A stretch of DNA of 63,830 nt, filler included, from Welwitschia mirabilis (lineage: Eukaryota): the NCBI GenBank assembly GCA_051453625.1. It is 8 parts of one record of this genome, joined end to end, with 100 filler letters (N's around TTAATTAATTAA, not from the genome) between each part and the next. Parts side by side here need not be neighbours in the genome. Positions count along the whole stretch, not along the records: positions 37,286 to 57,820 come from JBOZIK010000001.1; 7 more parts are not named here. One strand, given 5' to 3'. Both the position numbers and the translations under genes were made by a program. Below the pieces are notes generated by a model, which was not told the origin of the DNA, searched no databases, and worked only from the letters and a program-made list of their open reading frames with translations. This document shows, in pieces, positions 37,286 through 49,102 of the stretch; within the stretch, counting starts at the first letter, position 1; each line of letters starts with the position of its first letter.

Positions 37286-39642
37286 GATACAACTAGTTGA
37301 ACTTCTCAATGATTAGGTTCTTATCTGTCAGAAAAAGTACATTTTAAATGACTATGTTAAAACTTTCAATATAAACACTTAGGAAATCCATAAGCAAATG
37401 GATAAAAGGTTAAAGAGTCATTGAAATATCTCTTGATTAACCTTGAACATGGTAGAGGCACTTGTATTGGAATTTTTCCTCTACCATTATCTAAATTCTT
37501 ATTTAGCCTATTTTTTCAGTAAACATCATGCTATCACTTAAATATTCTTAAATTGACTAATGTTTTACTTTATGAAGTTACCATGATTAGTAAATATTTT
37601 ACTTAGGTATTTTTAATGATAAGATTGGCTTCACCTAGTCTTTAGACATTCATATATCTATAAACTTCATTTTGAAGGAAGATGTCTTGATTCTTTTCTT
37701 TTCTTTCAATGGTATAAGTAATCAGTTGTTTTAGCATGTTCTTCCTTGTTATTTATTCCCTCACGTTACTTTTATCCTTATGAGTATTTGATCATTTAGA
37801 ATTTATGTATCAATAAAAAAAGAAAAGAAAATAAAAAGAAAGAAAAAAAGAAAGAAAGAAAATAATTCTGGCCATGCCCTTTCATGTTATATCTTTAAAA
37901 AATGGCCCTTATGATATCCTACCGCAAGTGCACAGAGGCCAATATTCCTGAGAGGGGCCTTTGGTAGCATGATATGATAGCTATGGGAACTCCACTAGGG
38001 GATCAATTGGCCATGTTATGCAGGTTTTTACTCCTCTAATAGTGGTTGCACTCCCCTCATCATGGTAAGAATAAAACTGCAGTTAAAGGCTACGAGATCA
38101 GTGGTGTCCCTAGTGTCATCAGAGCCATTGCTTATTTTCTAGACTCATTTTTATTTTTTTATAATACTTTCACATGATCACTTTACTTTTCTAATTGTAA
38201 TGTTGTTTTGAGATGATAGCTTATAAGTTCTTATTTTAATAGCTTTTTAAGTTATCATTCATTGTGTGATAACATTAGATATACTAGACATCATCATAAT
38301 CATTGCCCATTCGAGTGGAACTTTATGAATTTTTACATTATGTCATGCTTCACTGTTAGATGATTTTATGATTTTTTCCAAGGGACTTTGCTAGATATGA
38401 ATTTTGGGCAGGTAAGCAAATCTTCTTCATGTTCCTAGTTGTCCATTTTTCCTTATGTTTTTCTTTAGTTATTTTGTTTAAGATTTCCAAAGTCATTATA
38501 GTATCTTTTTCTACATCATAATTAAAACCTGATCATTTGGTATCTCTCTAGGTGTCCTTCTATTTTTACTCTTAGGTTTTTTTTATATGGGCTATTTTTC
38601 TTTTCTGCACTATCCATTAATGCATTTTCTTTCACCTTGATTGATGTGATCTTTTTATTTTAGGCTAATGTTTTCTCTGTGTGGTTTTGTCATTTTGCAT
38701 AGATCTACTTACAGATTTTTGAACACTTCTGGATTTTTGAACACATTGGAGGCATACTTATGAGTATTTCTTTCTATATTTAATGCATGATTATGATCTC
38801 ATTAGTTTCTTTCTTCATGATTCTATTTTTTAAAGATACATTCTTTATATTTTCCTTTCTTCTATTATGTTTTTTTTGTCATGTGTCCAATACTTGCTTG
38901 CTGTCAAATTTTTAGAATTTTTTTCTAATCAGTCCTAACAAGTTATTTTACAAACTATCGTCTTGGTATGTCGTTTGCATGACAGAGGAAATGACAGTCA
39001 TCCTTTTTCCTTTATGAAATTCAGGATGTTTCGCTTTTCCTATGGGGGGCAGGATAGCTCTCTGATCTTTTTTGTAAAATATTACAGCAAAAATCTATTA
39101 TTTTAAGGATTATTTTGAGCTTTAGTGATATATATTTATAATGCATTATTTGGACATAAGTGCATGTTACTTGAATACATTTCATAGAATTTATTTAGTA
39201 GGAGCAGGTAGTACACTCATCAATTTTTCAATAAAGTTATGTTTGTAATCATTTAAAGGAAAAAAAAAAGAATGTTATGTTTACTCCTATACGTTTCCCT
39301 TGTAGAAAACATTAATGAGATTTTCATGCATTATTCTTTAAGATTATTACTACTTAATCTTACATATCAGTTTCAGCATTATGTCTACAAATTATCATTT
39401 TTCTAAACTATTACTCTAACTTGTTATGTGTATGACATTTATTTGGACTATTGTGATGAGTTTAAGTAGGGGGCTTATAACTATAATAGTAATTGTATTA
39501 ATGAATTATTACCATCTATTCTTACATGATAAATAGAATTCAAATTCCATTTCTTTAGTAGATGATTATCTTAGTTAAATTAGCTCGCCATCTAGTTGAT
39601 TACCCACTTTGTCGAGAACTGATAAGGCTAAGTAGGGGGCTA
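37286..39642 (+). mobile_element. 3' half of the internal region of the non-autonomous Athila derivative, ending in a PPT
   Basis: 37286-38865 is a colinear, diverged copy of 43480-44957. PPT AAGTAGGGGG at 39630-39639. No extra-ORF homology seen. Confidence 0.8.
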
Positions 39643-42600
39643 TATTGCGATGCCAATTTATAGGAATTTGATGGTGTATTTAGAGTACTTTTACAAGACA
39701 TTTATACAGGTTTAGATGTAATTCTATTGATTATGGATAGACGATAAGATGATCATGAAAACATGTAATTCTTGACATAATTGGAGGTATTTCAGTCATG
39801 TTCTAATATCTAGAATATTAAAGGAGGAGTAAAGGTGAAGAAGACCAATTTATACTACTTGAGGAGCTTGGAATGAGTGTTGTCCCCACTATCGTCCCCC
39901 ACGACATAGGGGATGATAGCTCATAAAGACAACTACACAGGAATAGCTCATGTATAATACTTGGACAATAGCACATGATGATAGGGCATCGTTCCCTAGG
40001 TCATTTGGATGATAGGAAGGATGATGAATATTAGAATAACCAAGGCGGCTGATAATAGCACATGAGCACATAGTCCAAGATGTCATCCCCTATATTGTGT
40101 GGACGACTGACATGACGATAGCCTCAGTAACATATGCAGGTAATCCATGGAGCTAATGGTATCACATGGGCACATAACCCACCCCTTCCCTCCTTCAATT
40201 CCAACTATCGTTTGTACTTGATATGTTTGTGATAAAATTTTGAAGACAGGAGGTCCATCAGGTAGCTGTAGAGAGGGATTTTCTTGGTGTTAGGTTGTGT
40301 CTTATTTATTGAGGTGCTGTTATTCTATTATAAGTGGATGTAAAGTTCCTTTGATTAATACAATTACTCTTTTCACTCAAATTTTGTAAATGTTTCTTAT
40401 GATTTAAGTTGGTCTTATTTAGTGATAAGCTATGATTTATTTAAATTATGAGGGCAACCTTTGTTAAGGTTGACCTTGGTTAATAGTAGGTTTGCATTGC
40501 ATTTCTATTTCATTCATATTACATATTGCATATTCTAGTTAGTAGATCTTATAGTTTATATTGTTTAAGAACTAGTTAAATACTCTTCTTGATTAATATG
40601 AATTATAAAAAGAATAGACTTTGTAACAGAAAGGCTAGAAGCTAGTTCTTATGACACAAGGATTAGGAACCAAGTGAATCCATCTTATTTCTATTTCCAT
40701 TCACTTACATTTCATATTCATCCATCTTGTATTGCATTTACTTTACTACTTACTTTTAGTTAAGTAAAGGATAAAATACCAAAAACTACCTTTAGAAATC
40801 AATTCTCTAACTCTAAGTCTAGTGTCTTCATTGAGATTACGACATTTGGGTGAACTCCTGTCTATACTAACATGTGTCTTTTTGCAAGTTATATTATTTA
40901 TAGGTTTACCTAAGGACTTTAAGATTGCATAAATTTGCACTACAACATTTTGGTATCATAGCTGGTGAAGGCTGCAAGTAGCTAAAAGGATTGTCATTAA
41001 CCAGATAAGTACCTTGAATCTTCTTCTAGGCTATTTATTTGAATTAATACTGTATTTCTAGTGTATTTAAAGATAAATTTATTTCTAAAAAATTTTGTTT
41101 TTTATAACCTTTAAGGACCTTATTGTTCTCTTTGTCATCCAGATGACATAGGATACGATAGTTCTAAAACTTCAAATTTAGTTTCTGTTTTTGCAATTTT
41201 TCTTTTATTTAGAGTTTATTAAAACTATTATCCTATTCGTCATCCATATGATAGTAAGGACAACAGTTTTAGTTTCAGTAATTTTCTTTCTGTAGTTTTT
41301 AGAGTTCTATTATTTTTAGAGTTTAGTCTTTCTATGATTGTTATCCTACCTATCGTCCCCATGACAAGGTGGATAATAGTCCATTACATTTGATTCTAAT
41401 TTTTGTTTACTATTTGTACATGAAAGGATATAAGGAATTCTAGGCAAAAGATAAACTATTAGCCAGTAAGAAATTAGATTAATAGAAACATCAAGAATTA
41501 TTTGACTTCAAATAAAAATCCAGGTATACACAACACAGGTACATAAATTCTAGAATTTCTTTCTTTTTTCTTTTTATTTTAGAATTAAATTTTCTTTCTC
41601 TCTGTAGTTAATTTAGAATAATAATGTTATATCTTTTGGGTATTAAGAAATAGCAACCTCAAATATCTAAGAATCTTGATCTTTATGGTGTACCTATCTT
41701 CTTTACCATTTTAAATCTAAACTCTCTTATTCTATTCTTCTTTCTTGTTTCAATGAATCATAATAAAAAAAAAATTTGTAGAACTCCTTTCTGAAAGGAA
41801 AGGAAACTTGCAAAATTATGATGACATTGGTAAGAAAACACTTCAAGAAATATTTGTTGAAATAGGAAGACTATCATAAAACCATGTTGAAAATAGGGAT
41901 TGGGCCCATTCTTATTTTCAATCTAATTATTCTTTCACCTCTTCTTTTTAAACCTCATATTAAAATAATGATGAAATTCACCAAATTTTAGGGATTTCGC
42001 ATTATTTAGACAAACCTCTTGCAATTATCTTTTTTAATCCCAATTATCTTCCATGTTTTACTACCAAGAAGAACCATCTTCTATCAACTATTATGAAGAA
42101 GAAAAAGATCCATTAATAGAAATGATTGGTGAAATGACAAAAAACCAAAAAAACACTAATAAGAGCTTGGAAAAATTAGTTGAAAAATTGCAACAATCTC
42201 TTTTTTAGATTTAAGGATTTTTGACAACGCAACATCCTCATAACTAATTCACTATATCCTACCTTAAGGAAAATGAAGAAAACTTAGAAATTATTGATTC
42301 TTTCTTTCAACTTAAAGATAGATTTATGAATCAAACTTCAACATCCTACTCACTTGGAAATAAGAAAAAAGGAGATAATAATAATACAACTCAACATGTA
42401 AACAATTGGAATGAAGATGACCACTTATTAGAGGATGATATTAAGATATTAGATTATATCCTTGCCATTTATCTTCTGTTAGACAATCAAGATGAGTAAT
42501 CCAATCATGAGAAAACTGAAAACCTTTCAATCAATGATGAAGATGATGCTCTTGATAATATTTTTAATGAATCTAATAATTTAGAGAGTGAAAGTAATCT

Positions 42601-45600
42601 TCAACAAGAGAATGAAGATATAGTTACAACCAATGAAGATGAAAGTACAATCGAACAACATAATTACATGGATACTAGTGAAAAACTTGGAATCAATGAA
42701 GGACCCATAGAGATTCATTCAAACTTCATAAAAAATATACTTATTCATGCTACTCATACTTCTACATTTTTTCCATCTATGCCTTCACGTTCAATTATAA
42801 ATCACATTCTTCCCTTCATTCCCCATTCCATTTCTATTGTCACTCTCACATTACCTCATAACCTTGATAATGATAATATTTTTCCAAACCTTTCAATTAT
42901 ACCTTCATATAATTCTCAAGGCCATGTTCCTTTCCTTGACTCTCATAACACCCATCACTTTGAAAAGTTCATTTCTATTATCTCTCAATCTCTTCCTTCT
43001 AAACATTCATATGATCCTCAAAGTAATATTTATTCTTTTTCTCCCAAGTCCACTATACCTTATGCTTTTAATTATTATTCTTTTTAAAAGTTTAACTTGA
43101 AACATCTTAGAGTGTCACATTGGAGAAATCCTTATCTTCTTGATGGTAATCCATATTTAGAATTACATCTTAAAGAGCTTCGCAATCTCATGAAACATTT
43201 TTGAAAGCCCTTTAAGATGTCTTGGCTACATTCTTTGAGTATTACTTTGAATGAATTATTTAATGATACTCATACTTTTTTTTTTCAGAAGGGATTACTT
43301 ATCAATGTAATGTATCACTTCTGTATCTCTTATTTAGACTCTGAAATTATCATTTTACTTTCTTTATCTCCAATTGATTTTACTCGACAATAATTGCATA
43401 CCCTTTATGTTTTATCAATTAGTTTCTGTTTGGTTTGGCCATTATTTTTATGAAACATATAATACTTGAGTGTACTTTTGATACAATTAGTTAAACTTCT
43501 CAATGATTTGGTTCTTATCTTTTAAAAAAAGTACAGTTTAAATTACTCTGTTGAAAATTTCAACTTAAACAGTTAGGAATTCAGAAGTTAATTTATAAAA
43601 GGGTAAAAATAATTAACATATCTCTTGATTAACCTTAAACATGATAGAAGCACTTGTGTTGGAATTTTTCCCCTGCCATTATCTAAATTATTCTTTATCT
43701 AATTTCTTTGGTAAATGTCATGCTATCACTTGAATATTTTTAACTTAACTAATGTTTTATTTTATGAAGTTACCATGATTAGTAAATATTTTAGTTAGGA
43801 ATTTTCAATGATAAGATTGGCTTCACCCTATCTTCAGACATTCATATGTCCATGAACTTCATTTTGAAGGAAGATGTCTTAATTCTTTTGTTTTCTTTTA
43901 ACAGTGTAAGTAATTAGTTGTTTTAGCATGTTCTTCCTTGTTATTTATCTCCTCACTTCATGTTTATCCTTATGATTATTTGGTTTTGTGGACTTAATTT
44001 ATCAAAAGAAAAAGAAAAAGAAAAGAAGATAAATAAAGAAATAAAGAAAAAAATAATCATTCAGGCTATACCATTTCATGTTATATCTTAAAATAGGGCC
44101 CTCATAATATCTTATTGTAAGTGCACCAGGGTAAATATTCCTGAGAGNNNNNNNNNNTCCTTTGACAGTGGTTGCACTCCCCTCATCATGGTAAGAATAA
44201 AATTAAAATTAAAGGCTATAAGATCAGTGATGTCCTTAGTGTCATTAGAGGCATTGCTTATTTTCTAGACTCATTTTTATTTATAATACTTTATATGATC
44301 ACTTTACTTTTTTGGATTCTAGTGTTGTTTTAAGATGATAGCTTAAAATTTCCTATTTTGATAGCTTTTTATCTTATCATTCATTGTTTGCTAACATTAG
44401 ACATACTTGACATCATCATAATCGTTACCCATTCGAGTGGAACTTTATGAATTTTTACATTATGTCATGCATTCTTATTAGGTGATTTTATGATTTCTTC
44501 TAGGGAACTTTGCTAAGTATTAATTTTAAGTAGATAAGAAAATCTTATTTATGTTCCTAGTTATCCATTTTTCCTTATGTTTTTTACTTAGTTATTTTAT
44601 TTGGAATTTTTCAAAGGCATTACAGTATCTTTTTCTACATCATCATTAGAACCTGATCATTTTGGTAGCTCTCTAATTGTCTTTTTAATTTCACTTATAG
44701 ATTTTCTTTATAAGGGCTATTTTTCTTTTCTGCACTATCAATTAATGCATTTTTTTACCTTGATTGGTGTGATCTTTTATTGTGTGGTTTTGTAGTTTTG
44801 CATTCATCCACTTTTAAACACTCATGGATTCTAGACCACATTGGAGGAATACTTATGATTATTTCTTTCTATATTTTATGTATGGTTATGATCTCATTAG
44901 TTTCTTTCTCCATGATTCTATTTTTAAAGCTAAATTCTTCACATTTTCCTTCCTTTTNNNNNNNNNNNNNNNNNNNNNNNNNNNNNNNNNNNNNNNNNNN
45001 NNNNNNNNNNNNNNNNNNNNNNNNNNNNNNNNNNNNNNNNNNNNNNNNNNNNNNNNNGTACTTTTGCATAACATTTATAAAAGTTTAGATGTAAGTCTGC
45101 AGATAATGGAGAGATGACAAGATGATCATGAAAACATATAATTCTTAACATAATTGGAAGCATTTCAGGCATGTTTTAATACTTAACATATTGAAGGAGG
45201 ACTGAAGGTAAAGAAGACCAATTTACACTACTTGAGGAGCTTGAAAATAGTGTTGTTCCTAATGTCATCCCCACGACATAGGGGACAACAGCTCATTACG
45301 ATAGCTAAATAGAAACAGCACATGAGCAACACTTCGACATTAGCACATGGTGATAGGGCATCATCCCCTAGGTCGTCTGGAGGACATGCAAGACGATGGA
45401 TGTTAGTAAAATGCATGGGACTGATGGTAGCACATGGACACGTAACCCAATGCATCATCCCTTCTATCTTGTGAATGACCGACAGGATGACAGCATTGGT
45501 AACATGCACGGGCAACCCATGAGACACAGGCATATAACCCAAGCTATTAAGATNNNNNNNNNNGCATCATCTCCTCTACTGTGTAAACGAGATTTAGGAT

Positions 45601-46489
45601 GACAACTATGTTTACACTGTGGCAGTAAATTTCATTATATAGAAAACCAAATGAGTTATGTGGGTGGCTAGGACTTCCTTAACGAATATTTAGGGTTATA
45701 GTTTATTATAAAACTATAAGTACCCTTTCTTCCTTTACTTCCAAACCATCTTTTATACTTGATATGCTTGTAATAGAAGCTTAAAGGTAGAAGGTCCATC
45801 TAATAGCTGTAGAAATGGGTTTCCTTGGTGTTAGGCAATGTCTCTTCCATTGAAAAGCTATTATTCTGTTGTAAGTGGATGTAAAGTTCTTTTGATTAAT
45901 ACAATTACTCTTTTCACTCTGATTTTGTAAATGTTCCTTATGCTTTAAGTTGGTTATAGTTAAGTGATTGTTCTATGATTTATTTTAGATCATTAGGGCA
46001 ACCTTTATTAAGGTTGACCTTGGTTAGTAGTAGGCATGTATTGCATTTCCATTTCATTCCATATTGCATTTCATGTTCTACTTGGTAGATCTTATAGTTG
46101 ATGTTGGTTAAGGACTAATTAAATGCTCTTCTTACTTGATATAAATTATAAAGAAAGTAATCTTTGTGACAGAAAGGCTTAAAGCTAGTCCTTATGATAA
46201 AAGGATTAGGATCTAAGTAGAATCTCATTTCATTTCCACTTCCATGCACTTGCATTTATTTTTATTCATTCGAATTGCATTTACTTTATTATTTACTTTT
46301 TGTTAGTAAAAGATAAAAGACCAAAACTACCTTTAAAAATCAATTCTCTAACTCTGAGCCTAGTGCCTTCATTGGGATTATGACATTTGAGTAAACTTCT
46401 ATCTATACTAGCATGTGTTTTTCTGTAAGTTATATGATTTATAGGTTTACCAAAAGAGCTTCAAGATTGCATAAATTCATATTGTAACA
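39643..46489 (+). mobile_element. Non-autonomous Athila-derived LTR element with both LTRs (39643-40947 and <45058-46489)
   Basis: Two colinear direct repeats end GCACTACAACA and ATATTGTAACA. PBS TGGTATCATAGCTGGTGA at 40951-40968. The internal region shows no PR/RT/RH/INT motifs. The PPT and 3' LTR start fall in the 44958-45057 gap. Confidence 0.8.
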
Positions 46490-46605
46490 AATTACAAACA
46501 AAGACTTGGAAACTTGGAGCACTGTGTGAGAAAATCAATACACTAAAATGTATTTCTAGATTGTTATTTTTCTTTGACTACATGTCTTAATTAGCAGTGC
46601 TGCTT

Positions 46606-46662
46606 TATCTTTTTGATTTGATACATCTCCTTTTCTATCTTCTTGATTTGATACATCTCCTT
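46606..46662. repeat. 30-bp tandem duplication
   Basis: TATCTT(T/C)TTGATTTGATACATCTCCTT occurs twice at a 30-bp period. Confidence 0.8.
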
Positions 46663-47543
46663 ATGGCACTATTCTTTTGTGCTCTTTTATGATTCACTGT
46701 TTTCCCTTTTGAATATCCTGTCTATTTCTTTAATGTGCATTGTGTTCAAAATGCCTCTTCCTACACTAGCTTTTTGGCATTGTGCCATCCTTGCTTGTGG
46801 TTTCTCCTATTTTTTATCATCCTATGATGTCTCTTTCATTAGCATTTCTTATTGTTGCTATGCTATGTGTATCTTTAACTTTGCCATTTGTTTGCTTCTT
46901 TTTTGTGCATGGTCTGCTATGTTTTTAATTTTATGATGTTTGATGTTACTATGATTGCTATTTTTTGATGCTTAGTTTTGATTATCCTCATCTTATATTC
47001 TATAATATTCTCTTGATTTTGTTCTATACTTCATGTTTAGTGATCCTCTATTATGATATCTTTCGCTATTCTATTTTCTCCACTAGGTGCTATCAATGTT
47101 TCTTATTTCACTAGTTCTTCTTCTCTCTTCCTGACATCTATGTTCTACTACACATTGTATTGTCTCTCATTATTCTAAGCGATGCCTTGTTCTCTTATTC
47201 TCTGATCCTTCACTACTATTTTATGTTATGGTCTGCTGGTCAAGAGGGAGTGATTTCTAGAGCTACTATCATAGAATACATAGATGCTCTCGACTCCAGA
47301 TGCTAGTTTAGATGCATGTTCGAATCCCTATCTTATCTTCATTCTTGAAGAGTATGAAGATTGTAAATACTTTGATGCTAAGAAAGGGATTTGGAAGATG
47401 ATAAAGCTATGAGAAAATTGAATTGTAAGTTAAAATGAAATGGAACATCATTAAATAACTAATCCTACACAAGCTTTCTTTATATAGCAAAAAGGAAGGA
47501 TGCTAGTGCTCAAGCAACTCACATGGTGAAGTCAATATCATTG

Positions 47544-47933
47544 TAGGGATGGTTTCATTCATGGTTAGATGGAGTGGATTAGAATTGCAATTCACGTGAT
47601 TCTAGATCATGCTCCAACCGAAGATACTCCAAATAGGAGCTGGATCATGCAGCACATAGAAATCTATTTTTGTAGTTTAGAACACTCTTTCTTCATTTAT
47701 AAATCCATATTTTACTAAAATCAAAGAAGTGCAGCTACAAAAATAGATTTTTTAACCTGAAATGAATGTTTCAATCTAGTTTTTGGATTTTAACTTATGA
47801 TTTTTGCAAAAATCGATATGCAATTTGAAATGATCCATAAAACCATTCAGAGTAATTCTATGATCTAGAATCTCCTAATCGTAAAAAAACTCCACGATCT
47901 ACTTCGATCCATTTAATTATGATTTCATCCCTT
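47544..47933. mobile_element. hAT (Ac/Ds-like) MITE candidate
   Basis: Left end TAGGGATGG, right-end reverse complement AAGGGATGAAATC (Ac TIR is (C/T)AGGGATGAAA). Internal perfect inverted repeats at 47598-47610/47860-47872 (13 bp) and 47660-47675/47735-47750 (16 bp). No clean 8-bp TSD. Confidence 0.55.
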
Positions 47934-48855
47934 ATTGTCAGAGGTTTATTTTGTAACACTTGATGTTGTTTGCTAAAAGACATGATTTTAATATAACTAC
48001 AATTAATAGTAAAAGTCAACAAAGAAGAATCAGCATTCTAGTTTGCAATTGTTCAACTAGTACTAGGTTATTGAAATAATAAAGGAAATCCATTAGCTTA
48101 AACAAGAGCAATTAAGGTGAAGCCTAATAGGCTAATAATGTCCTCAATGGAGATGATAAAGAAAATTGTCTTAACAAAGACTATAAAGAAGGAAATGATG
48201 ATGATAGCGATATTATACTAAAACTAACTCCTACGCCTTTGTTGAAGGCTCCTTCAAAGTTATAATTTAATCATAATCCTATCAATAATAATGGGGCACC
48301 AATTTCTTGGAACTCCAAAACAGATAACCAAAATGGCTCTTAAGCAAAAGGATTAGATTCATAGTTTTAGGGTAGTGCTCTTTCACTAGATATGGCTATC
48401 AAAGAAGTGTTAGAGGGATTAAAAATGGAGATGAATAATAGATTTTCATATGGTTAAAGCATTTTAAGAAAAAAGACCCAGTTAAACTTCCATAGAGTAC
48501 ACTAGTACTTGCAAAACACATGATTCTAAGATATGTGAATGCTATGCCTAAAAGAATTCATTCTTAGAGAAGTTGGTTTCCCTATAAGGTTTAGGATAGT
48601 TTTGGAACTAAATACTAATATTTCAAATTCTTCAAGAGTGATCTCAAGCTCTTTTAAAATCAAAGATCATCCAAAAAGATAGGAAAGTAAGGGGGAGGGC
48701 TCTAGAAGAATGGATAGCTTAAAGGAGTCATATGTTTTAGATGATGAGGATGAGCTGTTTAATATTTAGAAATGTTAGATTTTGGCAATCATAGATACAA
48801 ATGAAATCATATAAAAAGGAGGAGAAGAGCTATAAGAGCTGAAAGTATCATGGTT

Positions 48856-49102
48856 GAGCCTCCTATAAGGGAAGAAATTGAGGTTGAAAAACAAGGAATG
48901 TTACTGCTATTAGCTAAAAGATGAAAGAATAATTGATGCAGATATGGTGGTTGTTGAAATTGGAGCAAGACTTGAAAGTAGGCCTTTCAAAGAAGCTAGT
49001 TTAAAGACTTATGATAGGGGTATAGAGGTTAGTGATCAATTCAGAACAAGTACACCTAGCATATTTGCTATTGCTGATATTGCTTCGTTTCCTCTCAAGA
49101 TA
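48856..49102 (+). pseudogene. MDAR: Monodehydroascorbate reductase (plastid/mitochondrial MDAR6-like) gene fragment
   Basis: With frameshifts it reads VTAI(K)LKDERIIDADMVVVEIGARLESRPFKEASLKTYDRGIEVSDQFRTSTPSIFAIADIASFPLKI. This aligns, from memory, with plant MDAR6 V.AVKL.DGSTIEADTVVIGIGAKP..PF....GGIQVDG.FRTSTPGIFAIGDVAAFPLKI. Conserved glycines are mutated. Confidence 0.8.

Noticed and set aside
37980..38060. Possible 5S rRNA-derived (Cassandra-like) segment: GAACTCC...GTGGTTGCACTCCCCT
   Set aside because: Only two short words match. The spacing is wrong and the 5S internal control region (AGTTAAGC...AGTACTAGGATGGGTGACC) is absent.
38085..38126. Possible hammerhead ribozyme (retrozyme): minus-strand CTGATGA
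   Set aside because: No stem II followed by GAAA, and the motif is not conserved in sibling copies.
46679..46936. Hydrophobic membrane-protein-like small ORFs (also 1066, 2857, 44601, 50651, 55872)
   Set aside because: F/L/I-rich translations are expected from T-rich non-coding TE sequence, and no family motifs are present.
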